DNA of 64,000 nucleotides from assembly GCA_951406725.2 (NCBI GenBank), contig OX597815.1:191704001-191768000 (forward strand), given 5' to 3'. Positions 38,217 through 50,544 of this stretch are shown here, piece after piece. How positions within the stretch are numbered: position 1 is the first letter of the stretch; each line of letters opens with the position of its first letter. This stretch comes from Octopus vulgaris (Eukaryota). The notes beneath the pieces are model-generated. The model did no database searches and was not told the DNA's origin. It was given only the letters and a program-made list of their open reading frames with translations. The translations under genes were made by a program, and so were the position numbers.

Positions 38217-38718
38217 CTAGCAGTGTCGCCCGGCGTTGCTCGGGTTTGTAAGGGAAATAACTATATAAGCATTTTTAGTGAGTTATAGCAAAAAAATAGC
38301 AAAAAATGCATTAAAAATGGAATAAAAAATGATGGTAATTTTTTTTTAAATCGTTGACTAATCGTAGACATTTTTAGAGAGTTACTTCCCTTATATAATA
38401 GCGAAAAAATGCATTAAAATGGAATAAAAAATGATGGTAATTTTTTTTAATCGTTGACTCATCGTAGACATTTTTAGAGAGTTACTTCCCTTATATAATA
38501 GCGAAAAATGCATTAAAATGGAATAAAAAATGATGTTAAATTATTTTTAAAATCGTAGACTCATCGTAGACGCGCGCTAATACCCAGACGGGCTCGATAT
38601 GAATCACGACTATAAGATACCCGAATTTGGTTAAACTGCACCGCAAAATGTGGGAGTAGTTAGGAATCTAAATCGAAGGGGACAGACACTCACACAACTA
38701 CAGTCTTATATATATTGA
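38217..38718 (-). mobile_element. Non-autonomous Helitron with three internal subrepeats
   Basis: A|CTAGCAGTGTCGCCCGGCGTTGCTCGGG; reverse complement of the main family. Confidence 0.9.
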
Positions 38719-39033
38719 GTATATATAATGAGTCGACAATTTGCTTTGATTTTCGTCCATAGCTAGACTATCCACAATCGCGAGATCAATAGAAAAGTCT
38801 GGTGTTTATACAGGGTTCAGGTATGCCAGCCGTGAACAGCATAGCTCAAGGTAAAGCTCAGAGAAGATTATAAACAACGGAGTTTCTTTGCCCCACGTAG
38901 AAACTGCAGGAGGTAATCTGAGGCATTGCAAGCTCTTCTTCTGAATCCGTCGTAATGTCGGAACCGTTTCGTATCATTGGAAGGTATTTTTAGGATATAT
39001 TAAATAATATAATGCATAATGTGTGTTTGGGAT

Positions 39034-39414
39034 TGGAAGCACTCCGTCGGTTACGACGACGAGGGTTCCGGTTGATCCGATCAACGGAACAACCTGCTCG
39101 TGAAATTAACGTGTAAGTGGCTGAGCACTCCACAGACACGTGCACCCTTAACGTAGTTCTCGGGGATATTCAGCGTGACACAGAGAGTGACTAGGCCGGC
39201 CCTTTGAAATACAGGTACAACAGAAACAGGAAGTAAGAGTGAGAGAAAGTTGTGGTGAAAGAGTACAGCAGGGATTACCACCATCCCCTGCCGGAGCCTC
39301 GTGGAGCTTTTAGGTGTTTTCGCTCAATAAACACTCACAACGCCCGGTCTGGGAATCGAAACCGCGATCCTGCGACCGCGAGTCCACTGCCCTAACCACT
39401 AGGCCATTGCGCCT

Positions 39415-39416
<2 letters not shown>
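39034..39416 (-). mobile_element. SINE C
   Basis: Matches 9343-9725. Confidence 0.9.
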
Positions 39417-39497
<81 letters not shown>

Positions 39498-40149
39498 TAC
39501 GCGTAAGTGTCGAACGGTGAAAACGAGTGCTCAACACTGCATTGGTGGATATAATTTCTTTATTTATGAATTAAAGGCTACCGTTAGTTTCATGTTAAGA
39601 AAAATAGGAAAATATTCTAGAGTCGATCACACACACATCGCGCGCGCACGCACACACACACAATCACGTGATCGACCAGACAATCGGATGCTATTATACA
39701 TCGCTGGTCGCAATGCACTTCGCAACGTTTTTAGCTTTCGAATGATGCCACCTGCAGGCTAGTCGTGCGGGCCAATATATCTGTGTGTCTGTCTGTGTGT
39801 AAATGAACGCTAAAAGCAAATTAAGATTAAATTGATTACGTAAATAGTAACCTTTGTCATTCATTTGTTAATTAATATTACGTTTTCTGGCACGTTATAC
39901 CAGCAACCGAAGTTGAGAACGTAATTCAATTCACCCCTGCTCGCCGTCAGTGTTCATTAATACTATGAAGTATACTGAATTCTAACAACGGGTTATTGGT
40001 GTCGCTAAGGCAAAGCGGAAGCATTATATATATATATATATATATATAAACTTACTTGGAGAAATAAGAAAGTGACGCGAGGCGTTCAATCATATAATAG
40101 CAATTTAACAATTAAAACATAAGCATACATACATACATATATGTACATA

Positions 40150-40201
<52 letters not shown>

Positions 40202-40439
40202 TACAGGACACCACAAATAAACGTAGAACACAACGAGGAACGAAAACCTAAAATCAAATAAGGAAAGGGATTTTTTTAACAACGTAAAAACAGAGTACAG
40301 GACAAACAATACAAGGAATATTCCCCTTCATCAGCTGCCCCTGGTTGACTCAATGCGTGTTTCGAAGGTAACATATAGATGTAGGTATGTACATATATGT
40401 ATGTATGCATATGTTTTAATTGTTAAATTGTTATATATA

Positions 40440-41075
40440 TCTATATATATAAAACTGTAGTTGTGTGAGTGTCTGTCCCCTTCGATTTAGATTCCTAACT
40501 CCTCCCACATTTTGCGGTGCAGTTTAACCAAATTCGGGTATCTTATAGTCGTGATTAATATCGAGCCCGTCTGGCTATTGGCGCGCGTCTACGATGAGTC
40601 TACGATTTTAAAAATAATTTAACATCATTTTTTATTCCATTTTAATGCATAATTTTTCGTGTGTCATGGCGGCGGAGTTGGCGTCCATGGTCACACCTGC
40701 ACCTGTGGGGAAGGGAATGTAAAGAAATCAACGTCGTAATACGTTGTCAAGGAGACCAGCGTTCTTTTAGAACAACGACTTCATGGCTTGAAGACACCAA
40801 AACAGAAAAGACTAAGAAAGCGTCTACATGAGTCTACGATTTAAAAAAAAAATTTACCATCATTTTTTCCATTTTAATGCATTTTTTCGCTATTATATAA
40901 GGGAAGTAACTCTCTAAAAATGTTTACGATGAGTCAACGATTTAAAAACAAATTACCATAATTTTTTATTCCAATTTTAATGCATTTTTTTGCTATTTTT
41001 TTGCTATAACTCTCTAAAAATGCTTATATAGTTATTTCCCTTACAAACCCGAGCAACGCCGGGCGATACTGCTAG
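40440..41075 (+). mobile_element. Non-autonomous Helitron with extra internal segment (~40660-40820)
   Basis: TC/CTAG ends and hairpin. Confidence 0.9.
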
Positions 41076-41091
41076 TATATATATATATATA

Positions 41092-41405
41092 TATATTATA
41101 TTAAATTAGAGACAAAACCACTATTAGGCAAATCATACAATGAAAAACTTAAGCCAATACATAAGATTATTTAATTTATATTATTTAAATATATAACAAA
41201 ATTATTAAAAAAATATAATTAATAAATCACTACGATCGTTTCATGGCTGTTAATTTCTTAAGTTTTTCATTGTATGATTTGCCTAATAGTGGTTTTGTCT
41301 CTAATTTAATATAATATAATATTTTACTATAAAATTGGATTCAATCCTAAATCTGATTTTTCCCTGTAAGTTTGGATTTATTCCCTAATATTTATTATTA
41401 ATTAT
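41092..41405. mobile_element. Inverted PLE-like remnant: ~62 bp IR (41092-41153 / 41257-41317) with hammerhead 3' half
   Basis: Perfect IR; the spacer's minus strand has GAAA-CGATCG-TA; flanked by (TA)n. Confidence 0.7.
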
Positions 41406-41639
41406 ATATATATATAATCTGGATACTAACCTCATAACGTGCATTTCGAGTCTCGTATACATTTATCGGCTACCATATACCATATTTGTTTTGTACTTTA
41501 TAATGTTATGCTTTTACTGCCATTAATTTATGACTTATGAATTTGCAAGTTATTTAATATAGACGGTATGCTAAAAAATACAGCAGGGTATAAAACACTG
41601 GGAAACTGAATGTGATCTAGAGGTGCTATCAAAGCCACT

Positions 41640-41756
41640 CACCTGATGACGTGCCGGTACTTAGCTGCAGTTGGATCATATTTAGTTATGTTATCATTTA
41701 TATGGAGAAACTCAGCAACTAAAAGTTGTTACCTCTGCACAGAAACAATTGTTGTG
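41640..41756 (+). ncRNA. Hammerhead with canonical core and long stem II
   Basis: CAC-CTGATGA-C-GTGC...GCAC-A-GAAA-CAATTG-TT-GTG. Confidence 0.7.
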
Positions 41757-41834
41757 TTTTTGATTCAAGCTTCTTCATTGCATCTTGTTTTATAATTTTG
41801 TTTGTTTGTTTGTTTGTTTGTTTGTGTGTGTGGT

Positions 41835-42280
41835 TCAAATTTACAGAAAACAAAAGGCGAAGACAGATGAGAGAATAACAAGCAGACGTATTAGTTTGAT
41901 GCTCGGGAAGAATGGAAAAGTCTTTGACGTTTCGTACATACGCTCTTCGACGGAATGGGCCTAAGGCGGCGAGCTGGCAGAAACGTCAGCGCGCCGGGCG
42001 AAATGCTTAGCGGTTGTTCGTGTCTTTACGTTCTGAGTTCAAATTCCGCCTAGGTCGACTTTGCCTTTCATCCTTTCAGGTTCGATAAATTGAGTACCAG
42101 TCACGCACTAGGGTCGATGTAATCGACTTAATCTCTTTGTCTGTCCTTGTTTGTCCTCTTTATGTTTAGCCCCTTGTGGCAATAAAGAAATAAGAAAGGG
42201 TTGAGAGGAGGAAAAAAATAGAGAGGGAACGCGGGGAAAAACACAGAGAAAAATGTGTAGGGATTAACGGTCCAACATGT
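41835..42280 (-). mobile_element. PLE end (hammerhead motif 41922-41957) interrupted by SINE A (41964-42193, +)
   Basis: Reverse complement CCGTCGA-AGAGCGTATGTAC-GAAA-CG-TC-AAAG; the element resumes after the SINE. Confidence 0.7.
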
Positions 42281-42399
42281 ATGTATCTATTAATGGCTGG
42301 CTGAACGGATGAATAGATTGGTGGATGTGTGCATATATGTACACGTAGGCACATACACACAGCGACAAGCGATTGTGCTAAGAAAGGACCACAAAACAA

Positions 42400-43202
42400 T
42401 ACTCTTTACTCTTTTACTTGTTTTAGTCATTTGACTGCGGCCATGCTGGAGCACCACCTTTAGTCGAGCAGATCGACCCCGGGACTTATTCTTTGTAAGC
42501 CCAGTACTTATTCTATCGGTCTCGTTTGCCGAACCGCTAAGTGACGGGGACGTAAACACACCAGCATCGGTTGTCAAGCAATGCTAGGGGGACAAACACA
42601 GACACACAAACACACACATACATATATATATACAGATATACGACAGGCTTCTTTCAGTTTCCGTCTACCAAATCCACTCACAAGGCATTGGTCGACCCGG
42701 GGCTATAGCAGAAGACACTTGCCCGAGATGACACGCAGTGGGACTGAACGCGGAACCATGTGGTTGGTTAGCAAGCTACTTACCACACAGCCACTCCTGC
42801 GATTCTGTTACCTTCCAGTCGGTGAGAAACTAATGGAGTAACTTATATCGTTTCCGATACTTTGGCCCAACTGCTGGACACCTTGTGTATAAATAAGCAG
42901 TTCTATGTCTTAATGTAATGAGATGCGTTGAGTTCTTTCAGGTTTGAATGGGTTTCGTATTACTCTTTACTCTCTTTTACTTGTTTCAGTCATTTAACTG
43001 CGGCCATGCTGGAGCACCGCCTTTTAGTCGAGCAAGTCGACTCCCAGGACTTATTCTTTGTAAGCCTAGTACTTATTCTATCGCTCATTCTTTTGCCGAA
43101 CCGCTAAGTAACGGGGACGTAAACATACCAGCATCGGTTGTCAAGCGATGTTGGGGAGACAAACACAGACACACACACACATGTATATGTATATATATAT
43201 AC

Positions 43203-43239
<37 letters not shown>

Positions 43240-43912
43240 CGATAGGCTTCTTTCAGTTTCCGTCTACCAAATCCACTCACAAGGCTTTTGTCGGCCCGAG
43301 GCTATAGTAGAAGACAGTTTACCAAGGTGCCACGCAGTGGGACTGAAACCGGAACCGTGTGGTTGGTAAGCAAGCTACTTACCACACAGCCACTCCTAAA
43401 GTTAGTCATGATGGCGGCCATTCGATTTCGAACAAAACCGTCGCTTGATTATTATCGTAACCCTGTAGCGTTCACATTAATCTGTCAAATGTCCTGTTTA
43501 TTTTACTCATATCTTTTGAACTACTCTTGCAGTATCTTGTAGCTTTGATATTTTGATGAGGCGACTGTTAATTTTTAGAATGATTTCGTAAGGTTGATGT
43601 GAGATGCCAAATCAGGCCAGTTTGTGACATAAAACAGGTGGAATATTTGGGCCTGATACGGCCTGTTTAAATGTTAAATGAACATTTACGGATGTGGCTT
43701 TTAAGTCCTGTGAAGGAACTGCACTCTTTTGGTTTTCCGGCTTCGACCGGCCAAATTATGTGACACTCTATTACTTGTTTCAGTCGAGCAGATCGACCCC
43801 GGGACTTATTCCTTGTAAGCCTAGTACTTTTCTATCGGTTTCCTTTGCCGAACCGCTAAGTTACAGGGACGTAAACACACCAGCATCGGTTATCAAGCGA
43901 TGATAGGGGGAC

Positions 43913-44005
<93 letters not shown>

Positions 44006-44160
44006 GACGAGCTTCTTTCAGTTTCCGTCTACCAAATCCACTCACAAGGCTTTGGTCGGCTCGAGGCTATAATAGAAGACACTTGCCCAAGGTGCCACAC
44101 AGTGGGACTGAACCCAGAACCATGTGGTTGGTAAGCAAGCTACTTACCACCCAGCCACTG
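42400..44160 (-). mobile_element. Three SINE B copies (42400-42801, 42960-43397, 43765-44160)
   Basis: Family matches, all in the same orientation. Confidence 0.9.
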
Positions 44161-44164
44161 ATGT

Positions 44165-44710
44165 CTGTGCGTGAAGCTTTTTAATGTGAAGAAAGGCCTT
44201 GCATAGGGCTAATCACGGTATCGACCAAACCATGAGATGCTGTTAAAGACCGCTGGCCAGAGTGCGCTTCCAGTTGTCTTGATTGTGTCATTCTTTTCCA
44301 CCTTGACCTAAATTGCTTGACCAAATCGTCTTCCCATCGTCATAGTCACCAGACTTTTAAAAAAAAAATAAACGCCACGAAAAAGTAAGCAGGTCTCCGT
44401 AGGAACTATAGTACGACAGGTCACATATTCATTCTAACACAGCTCATAGAATAAGCGAACAAACACAAGCTTCTTCTATGTAACACTTTTGTCGATTATG
44501 AGACATCCATAGATAGCGTAAAGATGAATGCAGTGTTGAAATCTCTGGAAATGCAAGGTGAAGTGCAATACATCAAATTGCTCAGAACTCTGAGCTCTAG
44601 ATGCTCAGTAGATATAGCTCTGCTATCACCATCCGTGAGTGTTCCAATTTAGAAAGGCGTCATGCAAGGAGATACCATCTCTCCAAAGCTCTTTACTGCA
44701 TGTCTAGACA
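44165..44710. pseudogene. RTE-clade LINE fragments in opposite orientations
   Basis: Plus strand 44390-44710: AGLRRNYSTTGHIF...FVDYETSIDSV...KGVMQGDTISPKLFTACL (RT). Minus strand 44165-44340: RWEDDLVKQF. Confidence 0.8.
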
Positions 44711-44754
44711 GGGCTAATACCACTCCAAACAACAGAGGGTCCTATTTTGTTCTA

Positions 44755-45893
44755 AGGCGGTGAGCTGGCAGAATTGTTAGCACGTCGGGCGAAATGCGTA
44801 GCTGTATTTCGTCTGCCGTTACGTTCTGAGTTCAAATTCCGCCGAGGTCGACTTTGCCTTTCATCCTTTCGGGGTCGATAAATTAAGTACCAGTTACGCG
44901 CTGGGGTCGATGTAATCGACCTAATCCGTTTGTCTGTCCTTGTTTGTCCACTCTATGATCAGCCCCTTGTGGGTAGTAAAGAAAAAGGTGAGGTGCTATA
45001 CATCAAATTGCTCATAACTCTGAGCTCTAGATGCTCAGTAGATATAGCTCTGCTATCACCACCCGTGAGTGTTCCAATTTAGAAAGGCGTCAAGCAAGGA
45101 GATACCATCTCTCCAAAGCTCTTTACCGCATGTCTAGACAGGGCTAATACCACTCTAAACAACCGAGGGTCCTATTTTGTTCTAAGGCGGTGAGCTGGCA
45201 GAATTGTTAGCACGCTGGACGAAAAGCTTAGCGGTATTTCGTCTGCCGTTACGTTCTGAGTTCAAATTCAGCCGAGGTCGACTTTGCCTTTCATCCTATC
45301 GGGGTCGATAAATTAAGTACCAGTTACGCACTGGGGTCGATATAATCGACTTAATCCGTTTGTCTGTCCTTGTTTGTCCCCTCTGTTTAGCCCCTTGTGG
45401 GCAATAAAGAAATAATTGTTAGCACGCTGGACGAAAAGCTTAGCGGTATTTCGTCTGCCGTTACGTTCTGAGTTCAAGTTCCGGCGAGGTCGACTTTGCC
45501 TTTCATCCTTTCGGGGTCGATTAAATAAGTACCAGTTACGCACTGGGGTCGATAAAATCGACTTAATCCCTTTGTCTGTCCTTGTTTGTCCTCTCTGTGT
45601 TTAGTCCCTTGTGGGTAGTAAAGAAATAGGTATTTCGTCTACCGTTACGTTCTGAGTTCAAATTCCGCCGAGGTCGACTTTACCTTTCATCCTTTCGGAG
45701 TCGATTAAATAAGTACCAGTTACGCACTGGGGTCGATATAATCGACTTAATCCGTTTGTCTGTCCTTGTTTGTTCTCTCTGTGTTTAGCCTCTTGTGGGT
45801 AGTAAAGAAATAGGTATTTCGTCTGCCGTTACGTTCTGAGTTCAAATTCCGTCTGTGTTTAGCCCCTTGTGGGCAGTAAAGAAATAGGTATTT
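44755..45893 (+). mobile_element. SINE A array, including a ~430 bp tandem duplication of RT fragment plus SINE (44557-44986 / 44987-45413)
   Basis: Repeated ATACATCAAATTGCTC...TCTAAGGCGGTGAGCTGGC, followed by further SINE units. Confidence 0.9.
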
Positions 45894-46244
45894 TCACAAA
45901 AAGAAGAGCTAGTTTACATTTCTGAATGCAAGCACAATCTCAGGTGTTACATCAGAGTGTTCCTTCTCCCTGAGAAATGTTTAAGTAAGACTAAGGGTCC
46001 CTCACTTTTAGCTGCTGGATGATTGTTGACTCTGCTGTGTTCATCCGCCATTTGGCAGGTTTTATTATTCGTTCTGCAGGGTGTCCAACGAGTGTCACCT
46101 TTTCTACCATGTCGGCTTGGAAGGCTTGCCAGTTTAGTCGCCGACGGCCTGACCATGCAACAGGTTGTACTGGATCATATGTGACCAGTGGTACAAAAAG
46201 TGACATAACGTATTTATATACACACCTGCGTACATATATTCATG

Positions 46245-46440
46245 TCGCCATGATATATTGGTAGCCACTACACACATTTTTTTCTGTCCTTGTTTTTTTC
46301 TGTGTCCCTTTATGTAGAAGAGCGTAGGCTCGAAACGTAAAAGACTTTTTCAATTCCTGAGCGTTATACTAATACATCTATTTATTTTCTACACCACCTG
46401 TCTTCGTCTTTTGTCTTTTTCGCGAACCCTCCCCCTATTC
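46245..46440 (+). mobile_element. PLE end family with hammerhead motif at 46308-46343
   Basis: CTTT-ATGTAGA-A-GAGCGTAGGCTC-GAAA-CG-TA-AAAG; reverse complement of the 18285-18480 element. Confidence 0.7.
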
Positions 46441-46864
46441 ATGCATACATATGTATGTGATTATCCAGTTTTATTTCAAGATTTCTTGACAATAGAGAAA
46501 GAGCCAGTTTCTAACATAGAACCAAGGCTACTTCCTTGGAATTTCAACAACATCAACAGGGCATTTATGTATGTATGTGTGTATACGTGCAGATTTGTAT
46601 GTTTTGTTTTATGCATGTATTCTCATGCATATAGCTGCATGTCTAGACATGCTCATATATACTTAATTTATGAGCATATCATATAAAGCTAGACACGCTC
46701 ATATAAAGCTTAATTTCGTAAGATTGGTATTTAGGCAGTGTGTTATGTTATGTATGTATGTATGTATGTATGTATGTATGTATGTATGTATGTATGTATG
46801 TATGTATGTATGTATGTATGTATGTATGTATGTATGTATGTATGTATGTACGTATGTATTTTAT

Positions 46865-47238
46865 TCTTTTATTCTTTAACTCGTTTCAGTCATTTGACTG
46901 CGGCCATGCTGGAGCTCCGCCTTCAGTCAAGCAAATAGACCCCAGTTCTTATTCTTTGTGAGCCTAGTACTTATTCTATCGTTCTCTTTTGCTGAACCGC
47001 TAATCTACTGGTACGTAAACACACCAGTATCGGTTGTCAAGCGATGTTAGTGGAACAAATACACACACACGCACATATACGACTGGCTTCTTTCAGTTTC
47101 CGTCTACCGAATCCACTCACAAGGTTTGGTTGCGCCGAGGCTATAGTAGAAGGCACTTACCCAAGGTTCCACGCAGTGGGACTGAACCCGGGAACCATGT
47201 GGTTGGTAAGCAAGCTACTTACCACACAGCTACTTCTC
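46865..47238 (-). mobile_element. SINE B
   Basis: Family match. Confidence 0.9.
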
Positions 47239-47254
47239 CATCTATGTATGTATG

Positions 47255-47625
47255 ACAGTGACCTTTTTGTGTGCACAGTCTGTGACAGACAATGCCTGTC
47301 TTTTGCTGGCCTCAAATCTCATCGGCGAACGCCTGGAAAACGAACCTCCACAAACTATTCTGTCTATATGTCTGTGCACACCTCTGAATGCAGTGTATGC
47401 CATAAGGTTTGCAAATCCAACGGAGGTCCCAAAAGATATTTTAAGATCCACAAAGATCAGAACTTATCTGCAGCTCTTGGTGGTCCAAATCGGAGGAGCA
47501 ATCTATGTAGGTGTCTTTTCAAAACATTGTCTGGTTTAAAAAGCCACATAAGTTGTCATGATGGTTCTAACGTGTAGGTACAGGCGGTGGTCAAACTCTG
47601 CATAAAGAGTAGACAACTATCATGT
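47255..47625 (+). mobile_element. LINE (probably RTE) 3' end encoding three C2H2-like fingers
   Basis: CTVCDRQCLSFAGLKSH, CSVCHKVCKSNGGPKRYFKIH, CRCLFKTLSGLKSHISCH*, then a short UTR and (TATG)n. Confidence 0.65.
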
Positions 47626-47694
47626 ATGTAATGTGTGTGTGTATGTATATATGTATGTGTGTATGTGTGTGTGTTTGTATGTATGTATGTATGT

Positions 47695-47920
47695 AGAAGA
47701 GTGTAATTCGGCAGGAGGACTTAAACGACATGCAAAGGTACATGAAGCCCAGTTACAACTACAACCGGCTATTACCGGTAAAGGTTTTAGTTGCCAATTC
47801 TGTACAAGACATTGTAGATCTTTAGCTGGGGTAAAAATTCACATTCGGTCACAGCACCAATAACAGTTAAGCTTCGTGCAATGGCCATACTCGATAACGA
47901 GGGGGCAGCCATCATGTATG
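47695..47920 (+). mobile_element. Second RTE-like 3' end with C2H2 fingers
   Basis: ECNSAGGLKRHAKVH...CQFCTRHCRSLAGVKIHIRSQH; 3' hairpin CTCGATAACGAG then ATCATGTATGTA. Confidence 0.65.
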
Positions 47921-48109
47921 TATATATGTAATGGGTTTTATTTATGTTAAAGGAGTTCAATCCATTTGCTACCAAATCAACAAGAGTTACCGGTGTTTGT
48001 GAATATGTGGTTGACTCGGTGTGTTGACTTAGTTCTGTTGGTTGAGCTTTCGTTATAATAAAAACAATTTTACATTAATCTAAAGGTTACTCCTAATTTT
48101 TGTACAGCA

Positions 48110-48152
48110 CAGTCCGATGATTGTTTATCTGACCGAAACTCCGAAGTCACAG
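48110..48152 (+). ncRNA. Degenerate hammerhead motif
   Basis: AGT-CCGATGA-TTGTTTATCTGACC-GAAA-CTCCGAAG-TC-ACAG. Confidence 0.5.
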
Positions 48153-48735
48153 AAAATATTCTTCTTCTTAAACGTGTGTGTGTGTGTGTGATGGTGTGAT
48201 TGTGTTTGCCCTCCACCACCACTTGATAACCAATCTTGGTTTGTTACCGTCCCTGTAAGTTAGTTGTTCGACAGAAGAGTCCGATAGAATAAGTATCGGG
48301 CTTCAAACAAAAGTAAGTACTGGTGTGAATTCGTTCGACTAAAAAGACATTACAAGGCAGTGCTAGCAAGGCTGCAGCCCAGTGAATGAAACGAGTAAAA
48401 GATAAAAGAAACATCCATCATCAGCTGTTAACTAAGCTAAATGTGGTTTCCATATCATAGTGTTTAGTTAGGCTGATGAAAGGCTGCCTTATGTAGTCCC
48501 TCTGTTTCGGTTATTGAGTATTGGTGTTTTGGCTATGAACTACACACGTACACACACACACACACATGCTTGTTTATAACGCGTGTGTGTATTTTTGTAC
48601 GCATATATGTATATATACATATATTTATGTATGTGTATGTTTGTACATATGATAGTACGTATGTATGTATGTATCCACCTATCTACCTGTCTGTATATTT
48701 ACCAGTCTGTGTGTAAGCATGTACGTATGTATGTC

Positions 48736-48805
<70 letters not shown>

Positions 48806-48924
48806 ATTTATCTATCTATCATTTATCTATCTATCATTTATCTATCTATCTATCTATCTATCTACCTGTCAGTGTATATATCTGCCAGTCTGTCTGTGTA
48901 TCTATCTATCTGCCAGTCTGTCTG

Positions 48925-48968
<44 letters not shown>

Positions 48969-49004
48969 CCTGTCAGTCTGTCTGTGTATATATCTATCTG
49001 CCTG

Positions 49005-49038
<34 letters not shown>

Positions 49039-49490
49039 ATAATCGTTCACTCTCTTTCCCTCTCATCCCTTTTAAGCTGCCTCTCTCTCTATGTATGTGT
49101 GGGTGTAAAAGAGTGAGAGAGTGTATGTGTGTGTATGCATGAGACTTGTGAAATGTGTGGGGATTTGCATACACGCATACACTCTCTCTCCCACGCACAC
49201 ATACACACGCACACACACACACACATATGTATATAGAATAAATGATTGAATAACTATATTGAGATGTAGGAAGATAAAGGAAGGCAACGATGTGCTGGGA
49301 AGAAGATGATGGCAGTAGCAGAGTGTCGGCAGCGGCGGAGGGAAGAGAGAGATGATGTGTAATAGCTGAAAAGATTATAGTATGTAGCTAAGAGTGTTAA
49401 CGATACGGTTTGAAGAGCAGAAAAGTAACGCCGTTAAATGTAAGACTTGATGTGTGTGTGTGTGTGTGTGTGCATGGGCCTGTGTTCGTA

Positions 49491-49532
<42 letters not shown>

Positions 49533-49609
49533 ATGTATGTATATATCTATGCATTATGTATGTGTATGTATACATGTATACAGAATAAATACATGCATTG
49601 ATATGAGTA

Positions 49610-49669
<60 letters not shown>

Positions 49670-49722
49670 TAAATGCATCCATATATATATATATATTAAT
49701 ACACACTCACACACACACACAC

Positions 49723-49765
<43 letters not shown>

Positions 49766-50384
49766 CACACGCAAACGTGATAATATGCATTTACAAGTAT
49801 ATATTACATATTGACATTAACTATATACATTTAATATATATCTACATACATTTAATAAATGTGCATGTATACACACGTAAACATATATATATATATATAT
49901 AGGCAAATTTAGCAAAAATATATATGTATGAATCTAGATACATACACACTCAAACACACCTATGTATTTACACGCGAACATGTGTGTGTGTGTGTGTATA
50001 TATATATAAATATATATTCAAATGCATGAATTTAAATATTATATACACATGCATACAAACACAAACGTACATGTACTAGATATAGTATATATATATATAC
50101 ATTATATACACACACACACACACATGCATATATATATGCAATATGTGTGCGTGTGTATGCATGTGTATACACACACACACACTCAAGCACACGCACAAAT
50201 GCTTATGTATACCCACCCATACAAACACACAACTGCAGACAAACTTGTACATTATATACACACACACACACACACACACAAAAGAAAAAAATACGACATG
50301 TACAGAAATGTAGTCGGATGCAGATGTGTGTTTAGACTAGTATAGTATTTGTTTTAAGAGATAACAGGAATTGATAAGATAAAG

Positions 50385-50429
<45 letters not shown>

Positions 50430-50511
50430 TGTGGCGGTGAGAAGGCGAAAGAGAGAGAAGTGGTGAGAGGGCAAGAGAAAGAAAGGAGAGAGAGAGGTGG
50501 TGAGAGGGAGG

Positions 50512-50544
<33 letters not shown>

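Noticed and set aside
38764-38820. Possible plus-strand exon (also 12048-12105)
   Set aside because: Splice-like sites only; no recognisable peptide or partner exon.
10198-47255. Recurrent ORF ...SFRLPNPLTRLWSARGYSRRHLPKVP...
   Set aside because: It is the antisense reading of SINE B.
48415-48515. CTGATGA motifs on both strands
   Set aside because: No correctly placed GAAA/stem III partner was found.
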